A stretch of 64,000 nucleotides of DNA from a virus. The stretch lies in the IMG/VR virus record IMGVR_UViG_3300045988_126262; one strand, given 5' to 3'. The position numbers and the translations under genes are program-made. Under the pieces are notes generated by a model. The model did not search any database, had not been told where the DNA came from, and worked only from the letters and a program-made list of their open reading frames with translations. Position 1 is the stretch's first letter, and every line of letters starts with the position of its first letter. This document shows positions 35,460-44,375 of the stretch, piece after piece.

Positions 35460-36199
35460 AAGACGTGCATATCATTCAGGAGAAATTAGATGAAGTAAAC
35501 AATTTGATTGCTCCATATCAACTGGCATACGTCAGTCCAACCAAAGATTGTATCCCATTGGAAAAAAACGCCCATTATATGGAAAAGCAGACGCTTGACC
35601 GATTGACTACTAATGTAGCAGAAGATGGCTTTCTTTCTCAATTACCGTTTGCAATGAAACGGAATGACGGTAAATATCTTATTTTATCTGGGAATCATCG
35701 GTTAAAAGCGAGTATCAAAGCGAAACTTGAATATATCCTTATCCTCTATATTGACGAGGTGGATAAAGACAAACAGATTGCTTATACATTATCACATAAT
35801 GCTTTGGTAGGTAAGGATGACATGCAAATGCTCAAAGAAATATATTCGGAAATGCGTAGCATAGAATCACGAGAATATTCAGGGTTAAACGGTATAAAGT
35901 TCATGGATACAGATAAAATACCGACTGTATCTATTAACGATGGGGATATTGAACTTACTGAAATGAAATTCTTGTTTACTGAAAGTAGGAGCAATAATGT
36001 CAAAAATGTGCTTGCAGAACTAGAAAAACAGAAATTATCAGAAGATTGTTCTATCGTCGTTGGCTCTTATGAAGCTTTTATTAAAGTGGCTACCGAAGTG
36101 AAGAATAAATATAATATTAAGAGCAATACAGTCGCATTTGCACGAATGGTAGATATTTGTGAAACATATCTTAAGGATTTGGAAGAAAAGGAGGAATAG
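35435..36199 (+). CDS. ParB-like nuclease domain protein
   Basis: YLILSGNHRLKASIKA fits the ParB/Srx GxHR motif; lies directly upstream of terminase small subunit. Confidence 0.65.
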   Translation: MDKKVQEVKDVHIIQEKLDEVNNLIAPYQLAYVSPTKDCIPLEKNAHYMEKQTLDRLTTNVAEDGFLSQLPFAMKRNDGKYLILSGNHRLKASIKAKLEYILILYIDEVDKDKQIAYTLSHNALVGKDDMQMLKEIYSEMRSIESREYSGLNGIKFMDTDKIPTVSINDGDIELTEMKFLFTESRSNNVKNVLAELEKQKLSEDCSIVVGSYEAFIKVATEVKNKYNIKSNTVAFARMVDICETYLKDLEEKEE

Positions 36200-36200
36200 T

Positions 36201-36713
36201 ATGTCGAGAAGAGGTAGGCCAAGAGATAAGTTGTCATTGTATGATAAATACATCAAAGGCAAGGAAGAGATTATAAAATCTGACTGTCGAAACGGTGCAG
36301 ATAATAAAGGGATTTGTAAACGATTGGGTATTGGGCTTACTACTTATAAAAGAATCCTTTCCCAATACCCAGAAGTACGCGATCTACTTAAGGAGAGCCG
36401 GCAAGAAGCTGACTTAAAGGTAGAAAGTGCATTGTATAAACGAGCCATCGGATATGATTACGAAGAAACAGTTACAGAAGTCAGGGTTGCTGAAGATGGG
36501 TCAGCGCAAACTACTGTTGTCAAAAAAACAAAGAAGCACGTTGCAGGAGATACTACTGCTCAAATATTTTGGCTTAAAAATAGAAAGCCTGATATATGGA
36601 GAGACAAGCAAGATGTAAACGTAAACAATGACGAATGGGTAGATGCTTTGAAATCTCTTACAGGTTCATATAAGAATGACAACAAGCGAGGAAAAGAAGA
36701 AAATAATAAATGA
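36201..36713 (+). CDS. Terminase small subunit
   Basis: ALYKRAIGYDYEE...TTAQIFWLKNRKPDIWRDKQ is a typical TerS C-terminal pattern with an N-terminal HTH. Track start 36159 is GTG; first ATG is 36201. Confidence 0.75.
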   Translation: MSRRGRPRDKLSLYDKYIKGKEEIIKSDCRNGADNKGICKRLGIGLTTYKRILSQYPEVRDLLKESRQEADLKVESALYKRAIGYDYEETVTEVRVAEDGSAQTTVVKKTKKHVAGDTTAQIFWLKNRKPDIWRDKQDVNVNNDEWVDALKSLTGSYKNDNKRGKEENNK

Positions 36714-38217
36714 AGCAATACATTATTGGTCTAAAGATTGGAACAGGTTTATACGTGATGCGCTTTGTGCAAATCTTGACAGAGAGCAACAAGCTATCAT
36801 TGAGTCCGTACAGCACAATCCTATGACCGCTGTGGCATCAGGTACGGCAAGAGGGAAAGATTTTGTCGCTGCTTGTGCTGCATTATGCTTTATGTATCTT
36901 ACCCCTCGTTTTGACATGAATGGCGTTTTGTCTGAGAATACAAAGGTCGCATTAACCGCCCCATCTGGAAGGCAAGTAAAAAACATCATGACACCAGAAG
37001 TTAGGAGGCTTGTACGTTCAGCAAGGGCAAAGTTCCCATTTTGTTGCCCGGGAAGATTAGTATCAGACGATATAAGGACAAATTATGAAGAATGGTTTTT
37101 AACGGGGTTCAAAGCAGATGATAATGCTACTGAAGTTTGGTCTGGTTTTCATGCGGCAAATGTTATGTTTGTTGTTACAGAAGCCTCTGGTATATCAGAA
37201 ACCATATACAATGCTATTGAAGGTAACTTACAGGGAAATTCCCGTTTACTCATCGTATTTAATCCTAACATAACTACGGGTTATGCCGCACGAGCCATGA
37301 AATCCAATCGATTTGCGAAATTCCGGTTAAACTCACTCAATGCAGAGAATGTAGTCAAAAGGAAATTAGTCATTCCCGGTCAAGTAGATTATGAATGGGT
37401 AAAAGATAAAGTGACAAATTGGTGTTCTCCCATTCAGAAGGCAGATTTTAATGAAGGAGAAGGTGATTTTAAGTGGGAAGGTGGTCTATACCGACCTAAT
37501 GACCTTTTTCGTGTCAAGGTACTTGGTATGTTTCCAAAAGTCTCCGAAGATGTACTTATTCCGTATGAATGGATAGAGATTGCAAATGATAATTGGAATC
37601 GTTTACAAGAAGAAGGTTTTACACCGTCTAAATCATGTAAGATTGGTTCTGATGTTGCTGGTATGGGTCGAGATGAAAGTGTACTTTGCCCTCGATACGG
37701 AAACTATGTCCCTAAATTTGAAGTTCACCAATCTGCTGGAAAAGCGGACCACATGCATGTCGCAGGAATGCACATCATATATCTTTCTGACAAAAAATCC
37801 AAAGCGTACATCGATACAATAGGTGAAGGAGCTGGAGTATATTCCCGATTGGAAGAACTCGGATATAGAAATGTTTATTCTTGTAAGTATTCCGAGAGTG
37901 CAAAAGGCTTGCATGACCTTACCGGACAATATGAATTTGCCAATATGCGAGCTTACTGCTATTGGTCTTTACGTGATTGGCTTAATCCTAAGAACGGTTT
38001 TGGGGCGGCTATTCCCCCTTGTGACAAACTCATGGAGGAAGCAACCGAAACACACTGGAAGTTCCAAAGCGATGGACGGATTATAATTGAACCGAAAGAA
38101 GAAATCAAGAAACGTATCAAACGTTCGCCAGACTATATGGATGCACTTGCTAATACATTTTATCCATTTGACTATGATTTTATTAGTGACGAAGAATTAC
38201 TAAAAGACTTTTTATGA
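36676..38217 (+). CDS. Terminase large subunit
   Basis: 513 aa; Walker A-like ASGTARGKDF; overlaps TerS by 38 nt; followed by a strong terminator. Confidence 0.8.
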   Translation: MTTSEEKKKIINEAIHYWSKDWNRFIRDALCANLDREQQAIIESVQHNPMTAVASGTARGKDFVAACAALCFMYLTPRFDMNGVLSENTKVALTAPSGRQVKNIMTPEVRRLVRSARAKFPFCCPGRLVSDDIRTNYEEWFLTGFKADDNATEVWSGFHAANVMFVVTEASGISETIYNAIEGNLQGNSRLLIVFNPNITTGYAARAMKSNRFAKFRLNSLNAENVVKRKLVIPGQVDYEWVKDKVTNWCSPIQKADFNEGEGDFKWEGGLYRPNDLFRVKVLGMFPKVSEDVLIPYEWIEIANDNWNRLQEEGFTPSKSCKIGSDVAGMGRDESVLCPRYGNYVPKFEVHQSAGKADHMHVAGMHIIYLSDKKSKAYIDTIGEGAGVYSRLEELGYRNVYSCKYSESAKGLHDLTGQYEFANMRAYCYWSLRDWLNPKNGFGAAIPPCDKLMEEATETHWKFQSDGRIIIEPKEEIKKRIKRSPDYMDALANTFYPFDYDFISDEELLKDFL

Positions 38218-38295
38218 TCGCTATAAACCTCTATCTTTGCATCGAAGACTGTCTTATTATTTATTAATAATTGCAGTTTTCATTGCTCTTATGTA

Positions 38296-38322
38296 CGCCG
38301 GCTTGTGAAAGTCGGCGTTTTT
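38296..38322 (+). terminator. Intrinsic terminator after terL
   Basis: CGCCGGC-TTGTGAAA-GTCGGCG (one G-U pair) followed by TTTTT. Confidence 0.7.
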
Positions 38323-38337
38323 GATATTACAATATCC

Positions 38338-38473
38338 AAGTTACCAAAAGTTAAACTCCTGATTATGAGTAAAATAAGGTTGTAAATATTTGGTTAACTT
38401 ACTGATAATGAGTATCTTTACAATACTAAAACAAACAACATTACTAACAATTAAAAGACAAAGAGCAATGAAA
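38338..38473 (+). repeat. Promoter/leader repeat, copy C
   Basis: TTTG (38389-38392), a 20-nt gap, then TATCTTTA (38413-38420); internal direct repeats GATTATGAGTA (38361) / GATAATGAGTA (38404). Confidence 0.9.
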
Positions 38474-38824
38474 CATTCAGAAGAACAAATAAAAGAAATA
38501 ATGTTAGCCTTATACGAACAACTTGGCAGACATAGATTTGTAGTTATGACAGGATCAAAATTTACTGGTTACATGGAGAATGAATCTGGTGACCTAGAGC
38601 AGGTTATTAAATTGAGCAAAAATAAATCTGGCGCAGATAAATTAATTATTACTTATGAAGAAGGTAAGGATACTTATTCTATGAGATTCATCAAATCCCC
38701 GAAATTAAACAAAAAGACTTTTTCTTTTTCCGAGGCCAAAGAGGTCTTCTTTTCGAGTGATATTTATGCTGAACAGTTGCAAGAAGTGTTCACACAAGTG
38801 ACAGGCTTATATACTCATCTTTAA
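38468..38824 (+). CDS. Hypothetical protein (118 aa), first gene of cassette C
   Basis: Track start 38390 is TTG inside the repeat; first ATG is 38468 with the AGAGCAATG context. Confidence 0.55.
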   Translation: MKHSEEQIKEIMLALYEQLGRHRFVVMTGSKFTGYMENESGDLEQVIKLSKNKSGADKLIITYEEGKDTYSMRFIKSPKLNKKTFSFSEAKEVFFSSDIYAEQLQEVFTQVTGLYTHL

Positions 38825-38894
38825 ACATAAAATCGATGAAAGCAAACAATCCTAACTACAAATTCGAAATAGCATAACTAAATACATAAGAGCA

Positions 38895-39332
38895 ATGAAA
38901 AAGAAAGCAGTAGAATACAGCATAACAGCAAAAAAACAAGATTTTGAAGTTGTCAAAGTTTATTCTTCTATAGACTCTGCTAATTTCGCAAGAAAGTTCT
39001 ATCATGAAGATATTCTTATTTACGAAAGTGCATTCATTATATTGATGAACAAAGCCTGCAATATAACCGGGTATGCTAAAATCTCTCAAGGAGGAATATG
39101 CGGAACACCAGTTGACAAAAGATTGATTGCCAAATATGCTATTGAGACTCTCTCTGCTGGTGTCATATTCGTTCATAATCACCCAAGCGGTAACAAAAAC
39201 CCTAGTAATGAGGATATAAAAATGACTAACTCCCTTAAAAATATATTGAAATTGTTCGATATAAAATTATTAGACAGTATTATTCTAACTGAAAATGATT
39301 ATCTTTCAATGAGTGATGAATGCCTTATATAG
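38895..39332 (+). CDS. radC: RadC-like JAB/MPN domain protein
   Basis: IFVHNHPSGNKNPSNEDIKMT (HxHPSG...S..D JAMM motif). Confidence 0.85.
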   Translation: MKKKAVEYSITAKKQDFEVVKVYSSIDSANFARKFYHEDILIYESAFIILMNKACNITGYAKISQGGICGTPVDKRLIAKYAIETLSAGVIFVHNHPSGNKNPSNEDIKMTNSLKNILKLFDIKLLDSIILTENDYLSMSDECLI

Positions 39333-39557
39333 TATCTAATCTGCAACCTCACACGCAATTTTCAGATTCACTGATGAAACAATCTTTGCCATTCTCAATA
39401 GAATAACTGGATAATAACGCAAATTCACTTCCACTTGCCGTTGGTTACTTGATGATAAATCTCTCATTCCCAGCCATCTTGTTTTTGTCTTGCTTTGTCT
39501 TATTCTTTATTAACCTCTTTTCTTAAAAAAAAATAAAACTCGATCAATATTTTATTG

Positions 39558-39595
39558 AAAAGTGTATGAAATTCATATACTTTACTGTATATTTG
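39558..39595 (+). promoter_or_regulatory. Late-type promoter P4: palindrome + -7 box
   Basis: AAAAGTGTATGAAATTCATATACTTTA (39558-39584), then TATATTTG (39588-39595). Confidence 0.6.
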
Positions 39596-39683
39596 CAAAA
39601 AGCGTATGAAGATGTACGCCACCCGACTTGTCGTAAACACCTGTTTGTCCGTTTAGGCGGAGGCACATCTGAAAGAAGATGCG

Positions 39684-39723
39684 AATAGTCTGCTGGCTAC
39701 ATTGCTACGCAGACTATTTTTTT
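39684..39723 (+). terminator. Promoter-proximal intrinsic terminator in the P4 leader
   Basis: Perfect 10-bp stem AATAGTCTGC (39684-39693) / GCAGACTATT (39709-39718), 15-nt loop, then TTTTT. Confidence 0.7.
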
Positions 39724-39740
39724 GTTTAAACCTAAATGAA

Positions 39741-40451
39741 ATGAACAGACAACAGCAAGTTTTCGTAAGGTTGAAACTTAAAGCGAAGGCGTTAGGGTTC
39801 AACGCAAAGGAATTGAAGGGTATCGCCGCCAAGATTGCCGATAACCTGAAATCCGCAGAAGATGCCTCAGAAGAGGATGTAAACGCAGAAATCGACGAGC
39901 AGATAGAAGCGGTTCTCCCTTACCTCACTTTCGGCCAGTCGCAAGCCAACCGTTTGCTTGACGAATGGAAGAAAAAACACCCCGAATCAGAAGAAGATGA
40001 TGATGACGACGTTGACGATGACACGTCAAAAGGCGGCTCTCGTCCAGCTGGTTCAAACAAGAAAAATCCCAACAACAAAGGAAATGAACAAGACGAAGAA
40101 CCCGCATGGTTTAAGTCTTTCAGAGAGCAACAGGAAGCCCGTTTTGCCGCATTGGAAGGTGAAAAAGTTTCTAACTTGCGTAAGGCCAAACTTGAAGCCC
40201 TGCTGAAAGACACTGGAACATTCGGTTCACGTACCTTGAAAAGCTTCTCTAAGATGAGCTTTGAAAGTGACGACGATTTCGAGGAGTTCTATTCAGATGT
40301 TGAGGAAGACCTGAAGAATTATAATCAAGAGCGTGCAGATGCAGGTTTGGCAACATTGGCAACCCCTCCTGCTGCCGGAAGTAAAGGTTCGGGTAAACAA
40401 GACGAAGTATTAACCGACAAAGAAGTTGAAGATTTAGTCAACACTTTCTAA
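39741..40451 (+). CDS. Scaffolding protein (acidic, coiled-coil)
   Basis: Asp/Glu-rich (EEDDDDDVDDD) helical protein directly upstream of the capsid gene. Track start 39702 is TTG inside the terminator loop; first ATG is 39741. Confidence 0.6.
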   Translation: MNRQQQVFVRLKLKAKALGFNAKELKGIAAKIADNLKSAEDASEEDVNAEIDEQIEAVLPYLTFGQSQANRLLDEWKKKHPESEEDDDDDVDDDTSKGGSRPAGSNKKNPNNKGNEQDEEPAWFKSFREQQEARFAALEGEKVSNLRKAKLEALLKDTGTFGSRTLKSFSKMSFESDDDFEEFYSDVEEDLKNYNQERADAGLATLATPPAAGSKGSGKQDEVLTDKEVEDLVNTF

Positions 40452-40472
40452 GTCAAAAAAGAAATTGTAACA

Positions 40473-40874
40473 ATGGGTGCAACAGCAAATTTATCAAGCG
40501 AAATGGAAGTTCTCAATGCCGGAATGGATTCTGTCGTAATCCGGCATTATGTAGCTGGCATTATCGGAGGTCGTACTCTTGACGTATCAAATTATAACCT
40601 TCCGGTTATTAAAGCCGGACACGTTGTTATTCGTGATCCGTCAACAGACACGTACAAACCTATGCCCGTAAAATCATCTGGCGATGGATACGACTCACTT
40701 CCCGGTTCTCATGAATATGTAGGAGTAGTTGTATGTACAAAACCAACTAGTGAACCATTGGTTGGTATTATGTATAGTGGCGAAGTCAATGATTTGGCGA
40801 GTCCATACCCCATAGACGACATAAAAGCGGCTATGAAAACGGCATTGCCAACTCTTGTATTCTTACACGATTAA
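40473..40874 (+). CDS. Hypothetical head-module protein (133 aa)
   Basis: Located between the scaffold and major capsid genes. Confidence 0.55.
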   Translation: MGATANLSSEMEVLNAGMDSVVIRHYVAGIIGGRTLDVSNYNLPVIKAGHVVIRDPSTDTYKPMPVKSSGDGYDSLPGSHEYVGVVVCTKPTSEPLVGIMYSGEVNDLASPYPIDDIKAAMKTALPTLVFLHD

Positions 40875-40893
40875 TGTAGAAAGGAGGTAAAAA

Positions 40894-42204
40894 ATGAAAG
40901 AATCACTATTTATTGAATACATCAGAAAGATTTTCCCGAAACTTCAAACCATCATCGAGAGAATCAATGGTAAGCGAGGCAATCAGCTTACATATCTTCA
41001 CAAGACAATGCTTCGCAAAGAATATTCCGCAGACCAAAAGTGGGAAAGTGCATCAGTTAACACAACTTATGTTGCGGCCGACATGGTAGCAATGGACTCA
41101 CCTCTCCCTCCCAAGATGAGAGACTCCATTGCTCACGCAAATGGTACATTGCCAAAGGTCGGAATGAAAAAAATTCTTCGTGAGACTCAGATCAACACAA
41201 TCAACATCATGAAAGCTCAAGGAGCTGCGTTCACTAATATAGCTAACAAGCTAACCAACGATGCGGTAGCTTGCTCTGTTGGTATCGATGAAAAGAACGA
41301 AGCAAACTTTTTAACTGCTTTATCTGATGGAGTTGTAATCGTTGAAGATGAAAACAATACAGGAACTGGATTGCGCATAAATTTCAACTATTTACCGCAA
41401 AATAGCTTTGGTGTAGAAACAGCTGGAACTATTTCCTCTGATGACATAAAGCGTGTTATTGCAAAAGCTGACGCAGATGGAAACTCAATTACAACGATAG
41501 CAATCTCGTTATCGACTTACAATAAAATGAGACAAGAACAATGGGCAAAAGAATTGGTTGCCAACTATCGAGGTCAGACATTCGACAGCAACACTAAGTT
41601 ACCTGTTCCTACTGCTACATTGTTTGACGAAGCATTTGCCGATGACAACAACGGAATTACATTCTTAAAGATTGACCGTACAGTCATTTCTGAGAAAAAT
41701 GGTAAACGCATTCCGTACAAACCGTGGAATGCGAACAAACTAATATTCCTTACTACACAAGAAGTTGGCGCATTGGTTTGGGGCACACTTGCAGAAGTTA
41801 CTAATCCCGTAGCAGGAGTAATTTATTCCACGGTAGATGAATACAAACTTATCAGCAAGTATTCTAAAAATGATCCTTTGCAGGAATTTACAAGTGGTCA
41901 AGCATTAGTTCTCCCTGTTATTGAAAACGTAGACCAAATCTACTCTCTTGACATCTCAGAGGCTCAAACGATTGACACTACCGAAGAGGGAAAAGATTCT
42001 ACCGATAAGAACATCACCATTTGGGGACAAGCTTACATAAAAGCAAACTTCGTCGCAGAGTTCAATAAAATAACCGGTAAAAACTTATCGACGACTATTT
42101 CAGACGATAAGTTAATTGCTGCTGTGAACAAATTGAATGATGCCGATGAAGCTAAGCTCAAAAAAGCTGTTGAATCATATAAAACAACAAATGGAGATAG
42201 TTAA
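40894..42204 (+). CDS. Major capsid protein
   Basis: 436 aa; synteny (scaffold then capsid then connector genes); a GGAGG-like RBS upstream, which is rare in this window. Confidence 0.65.
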   Translation: MKESLFIEYIRKIFPKLQTIIERINGKRGNQLTYLHKTMLRKEYSADQKWESASVNTTYVAADMVAMDSPLPPKMRDSIAHANGTLPKVGMKKILRETQINTINIMKAQGAAFTNIANKLTNDAVACSVGIDEKNEANFLTALSDGVVIVEDENNTGTGLRINFNYLPQNSFGVETAGTISSDDIKRVIAKADADGNSITTIAISLSTYNKMRQEQWAKELVANYRGQTFDSNTKLPVPTATLFDEAFADDNNGITFLKIDRTVISEKNGKRIPYKPWNANKLIFLTTQEVGALVWGTLAEVTNPVAGVIYSTVDEYKLISKYSKNDPLQEFTSGQALVLPVIENVDQIYSLDISEAQTIDTTEEGKDSTDKNITIWGQAYIKANFVAEFNKITGKNLSTTISDDKLIAAVNKLNDADEAKLKKAVESYKTTNGDS

Positions 42205-42207
42205 GCC

Positions 42208-42546
42208 ATGAAGACAATTCAGCAAGCTCTTATAGACGAAATACATTACCCTATTTCAGAAGGTTTTGTAGAGAATGTGATGATAAAACGCAAACTCAAT
42301 CCATTTGGTTATTGCGATTCAGATACAATGGACTCAAAGGAGTATATGGGAGCTTTGGCTGACTGTCTTTGGTCTTTAGTTCAGTCTATCAATTTTTCTG
42401 AAGCAGACAAGTCTTTCGGTTCTTTATCAGATAAAGACAAAGAACGTATTCTGTTACGTGTTAACTCAATCTATAATGCCATTGGTGAACCTTCGGTAGA
42501 GTTGGAGGCAAAGCCAATGGTATATATAGGTGACTGCCTTTTGTAA
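42208..42546 (+). CDS. Head-tail connector module protein (112 aa)
   Basis: Position after the capsid gene. Confidence 0.5.
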   Translation: MKTIQQALIDEIHYPISEGFVENVMIKRKLNPFGYCDSDTMDSKEYMGALADCLWSLVQSINFSEADKSFGSLSDKDKERILLRVNSIYNAIGEPSVELEAKPMVYIGDCLL

Positions 42547-42547
42547 T

Positions 42548-42874
42548 ATGTCAGTAATAATACTATATCCACACAGATTGCAGTACCTCGTATCAAAAGA
42601 TGGTTACGAGGATAGCAATGGTGATTATCATGAAGGAGAAACTAACTGGGAAGGCTGTATTGAATGCGACGCAGTTCCTGCTGGTAAAGCCTCTGAAAAA
42701 GAGTTTGACGATGGTATTGTAAGAAGCTATTCATATACAGTTTATCTACGTGCAAATTGTCGAACATTCATGATCGGTGACAGGATTAAGATACATCTGC
42801 TTGAAGGAATTGAAAGGGAGTTTAGTGTGAAAGGTTTCCATCGCTACCAGAAACAATGTAAACTATGGGTATAA
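42548..42874 (+). CDS. Head-tail adaptor/closure-like protein (108 aa)
   Basis: Position; first ATG is 42548 (track GTG 42530). Confidence 0.5.
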   Translation: MSVIILYPHRLQYLVSKDGYEDSNGDYHEGETNWEGCIECDAVPAGKASEKEFDDGIVRSYSYTVYLRANCRTFMIGDRIKIHLLEGIEREFSVKGFHRYQKQCKLWV

Positions 42875-43326
42875 GAATGACCACCAAGCTAAGCGAAGTG
42901 CATGACATGCTCATGAGAGAAACAGAGCGTGTCGAGCGTCTTACTATTCGTGCTTTATCCAAACTTGGCGAACAATGCGTTACAAAAATTCGTGATAGAG
43001 CAGGTGATAAAAGTTGGTACGACCAAACAGGCAACTTGCGTAGTTCGGTTGGATATGTGATTGCTCATAATAAGAACATTATTCAATACTCAACTTTCAA
43101 CCAAGTGAAGCAAGGTTCAGAAGGTGTAAAAACAGGTAAAGACTTAGCGGAAGAACTTGCTAAAAGATATTCCAACAACTATGTACTTATCGTAGTCGCC
43201 GGAATGAACTATGCTGAGTTTGTAGAAGCGATGGATAATAAAGACGTACTTGCATCAACCGAACTTTGGGCAAAAGAACAAGTTCTATTGATGCTTGAAA
43301 AACTTAAAAGACAGATTGCGAAATAA
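42865..43326 (+). CDS. Head-tail joining (HK97 gp10-like) protein
   Basis: Position and size; alternative start at 42877. Confidence 0.5.
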   Translation: MGIRMTTKLSEVHDMLMRETERVERLTIRALSKLGEQCVTKIRDRAGDKSWYDQTGNLRSSVGYVIAHNKNIIQYSTFNQVKQGSEGVKTGKDLAEELAKRYSNNYVLIVVAGMNYAEFVEAMDNKDVLASTELWAKEQVLLMLEKLKRQIAK

Positions 43327-43748
43327 TGAAATCCGATATTGAAATAGCTAAGTTCGTTTATCACAAAATTAAAGGTACAGAACTCGAACGTAATGTCTCC
43401 GGTAAATTGAGTGACAGAGGAAGGCCCAACAAATCTGATAAAGAAGATATAGTCATATCTGTTCTTGCAAATGAAGGTTGCGGGCAAATACAACGAGCCT
43501 ATGTGAATGTCAATATATATGTCAAAGACTTATGGGACTCTGAAATCAAAACATGGGAAAAAGATTCAATCCGAATTTGTGAATTATGCGAACTATCGAA
43601 GTTTTTATTCGCTATACGAAAAGACGAATATCATACGGTTCCATCACAATGCAGTCAAAAAACTGATTCAACAGGAGTTTCATTTGAAGACGGACATACA
43701 GAGCATTTCATTAATAACAAACTGTACATAGAGATAAATAACGAATAA
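43326..43748 (+). CDS. Tail completion-like protein (140 aa)
   Basis: TAATG overlap with the upstream gene; position before the tail tube gene. Confidence 0.5.
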   Translation: MKSDIEIAKFVYHKIKGTELERNVSGKLSDRGRPNKSDKEDIVISVLANEGCGQIQRAYVNVNIYVKDLWDSEIKTWEKDSIRICELCELSKFLFAIRKDEYHTVPSQCSQKTDSTGVSFEDGHTEHFINNKLYIEINNE

Positions 43749-43773
43749 ATTTTTAATATAAATTAGGTATATC

Positions 43774-44322
43774 ATGGCAGTAATAGGATGGGGTAAGCCC
43801 CGTGTATTTATAAAAGATTTGGATGCTTCTGCTCCTAAATGGGAGGAATTACCTACCCCTGTGGAAGATTCTACACAGTTGACAACAACAAAAGGAGATA
43901 AACAAGAAGCAAAAATCGAAGGAGGCGAAAATGAAGATGTAAAGTATGGAAAGAATACCTATGCTTTGGCATTGAACATTCGTGCCGCAAAAGGACGTAA
44001 GCGTCCTGTAAGTGATAGCGATGGTGTTGTTGCACACAATTATGCCGTTGTTGTTCAACCGGAAGACCCAGAAGTTCAAGGCTTCTGTATGGAGAAAACG
44101 ACAGTTTCCGTCGAAGACACCTTTACTTCTGCTGACGGTGGTGTTTGGGCATACACTTTTGATGCTTTGAAAGCAGCCGCCGATAAAAAACAAATTCAGT
44201 GGGGTAAAATCATCGTGACGGAATCCGGTGGAAACATCAGTAAAATTGAATGCGATCCTGAAGATGAGTCTGGAGACGGTGATAAATTCGAAGTAGCTCC
44301 TAATCCAAGTGTTGGTGTATAA
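43774..44322 (+). CDS. Major tail (tube) protein
   Basis: 182 aa; located upstream of the chaperone-like gene and tape measure. Confidence 0.55.
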   Translation: MAVIGWGKPRVFIKDLDASAPKWEELPTPVEDSTQLTTTKGDKQEAKIEGGENEDVKYGKNTYALALNIRAAKGRKRPVSDSDGVVAHNYAVVVQPEDPEVQGFCMEKTTVSVEDTFTSADGGVWAYTFDALKAAADKKQIQWGKIIVTESGGNISKIECDPEDESGDGDKFEVAPNPSVGV

Positions 44323-44375
44323 TTCAATAGGTTGTAGATAGAGCCAAACGTGGGGGCTTCGTACCCACGTGTTCT

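Noticed and set aside
39702-39740. TTG-initiated extension of the scaffold ORF
   Set aside because: It starts inside the loop of the 39684-39723 terminator hairpin. The first ATG (39741) gives a sensible N-terminus.
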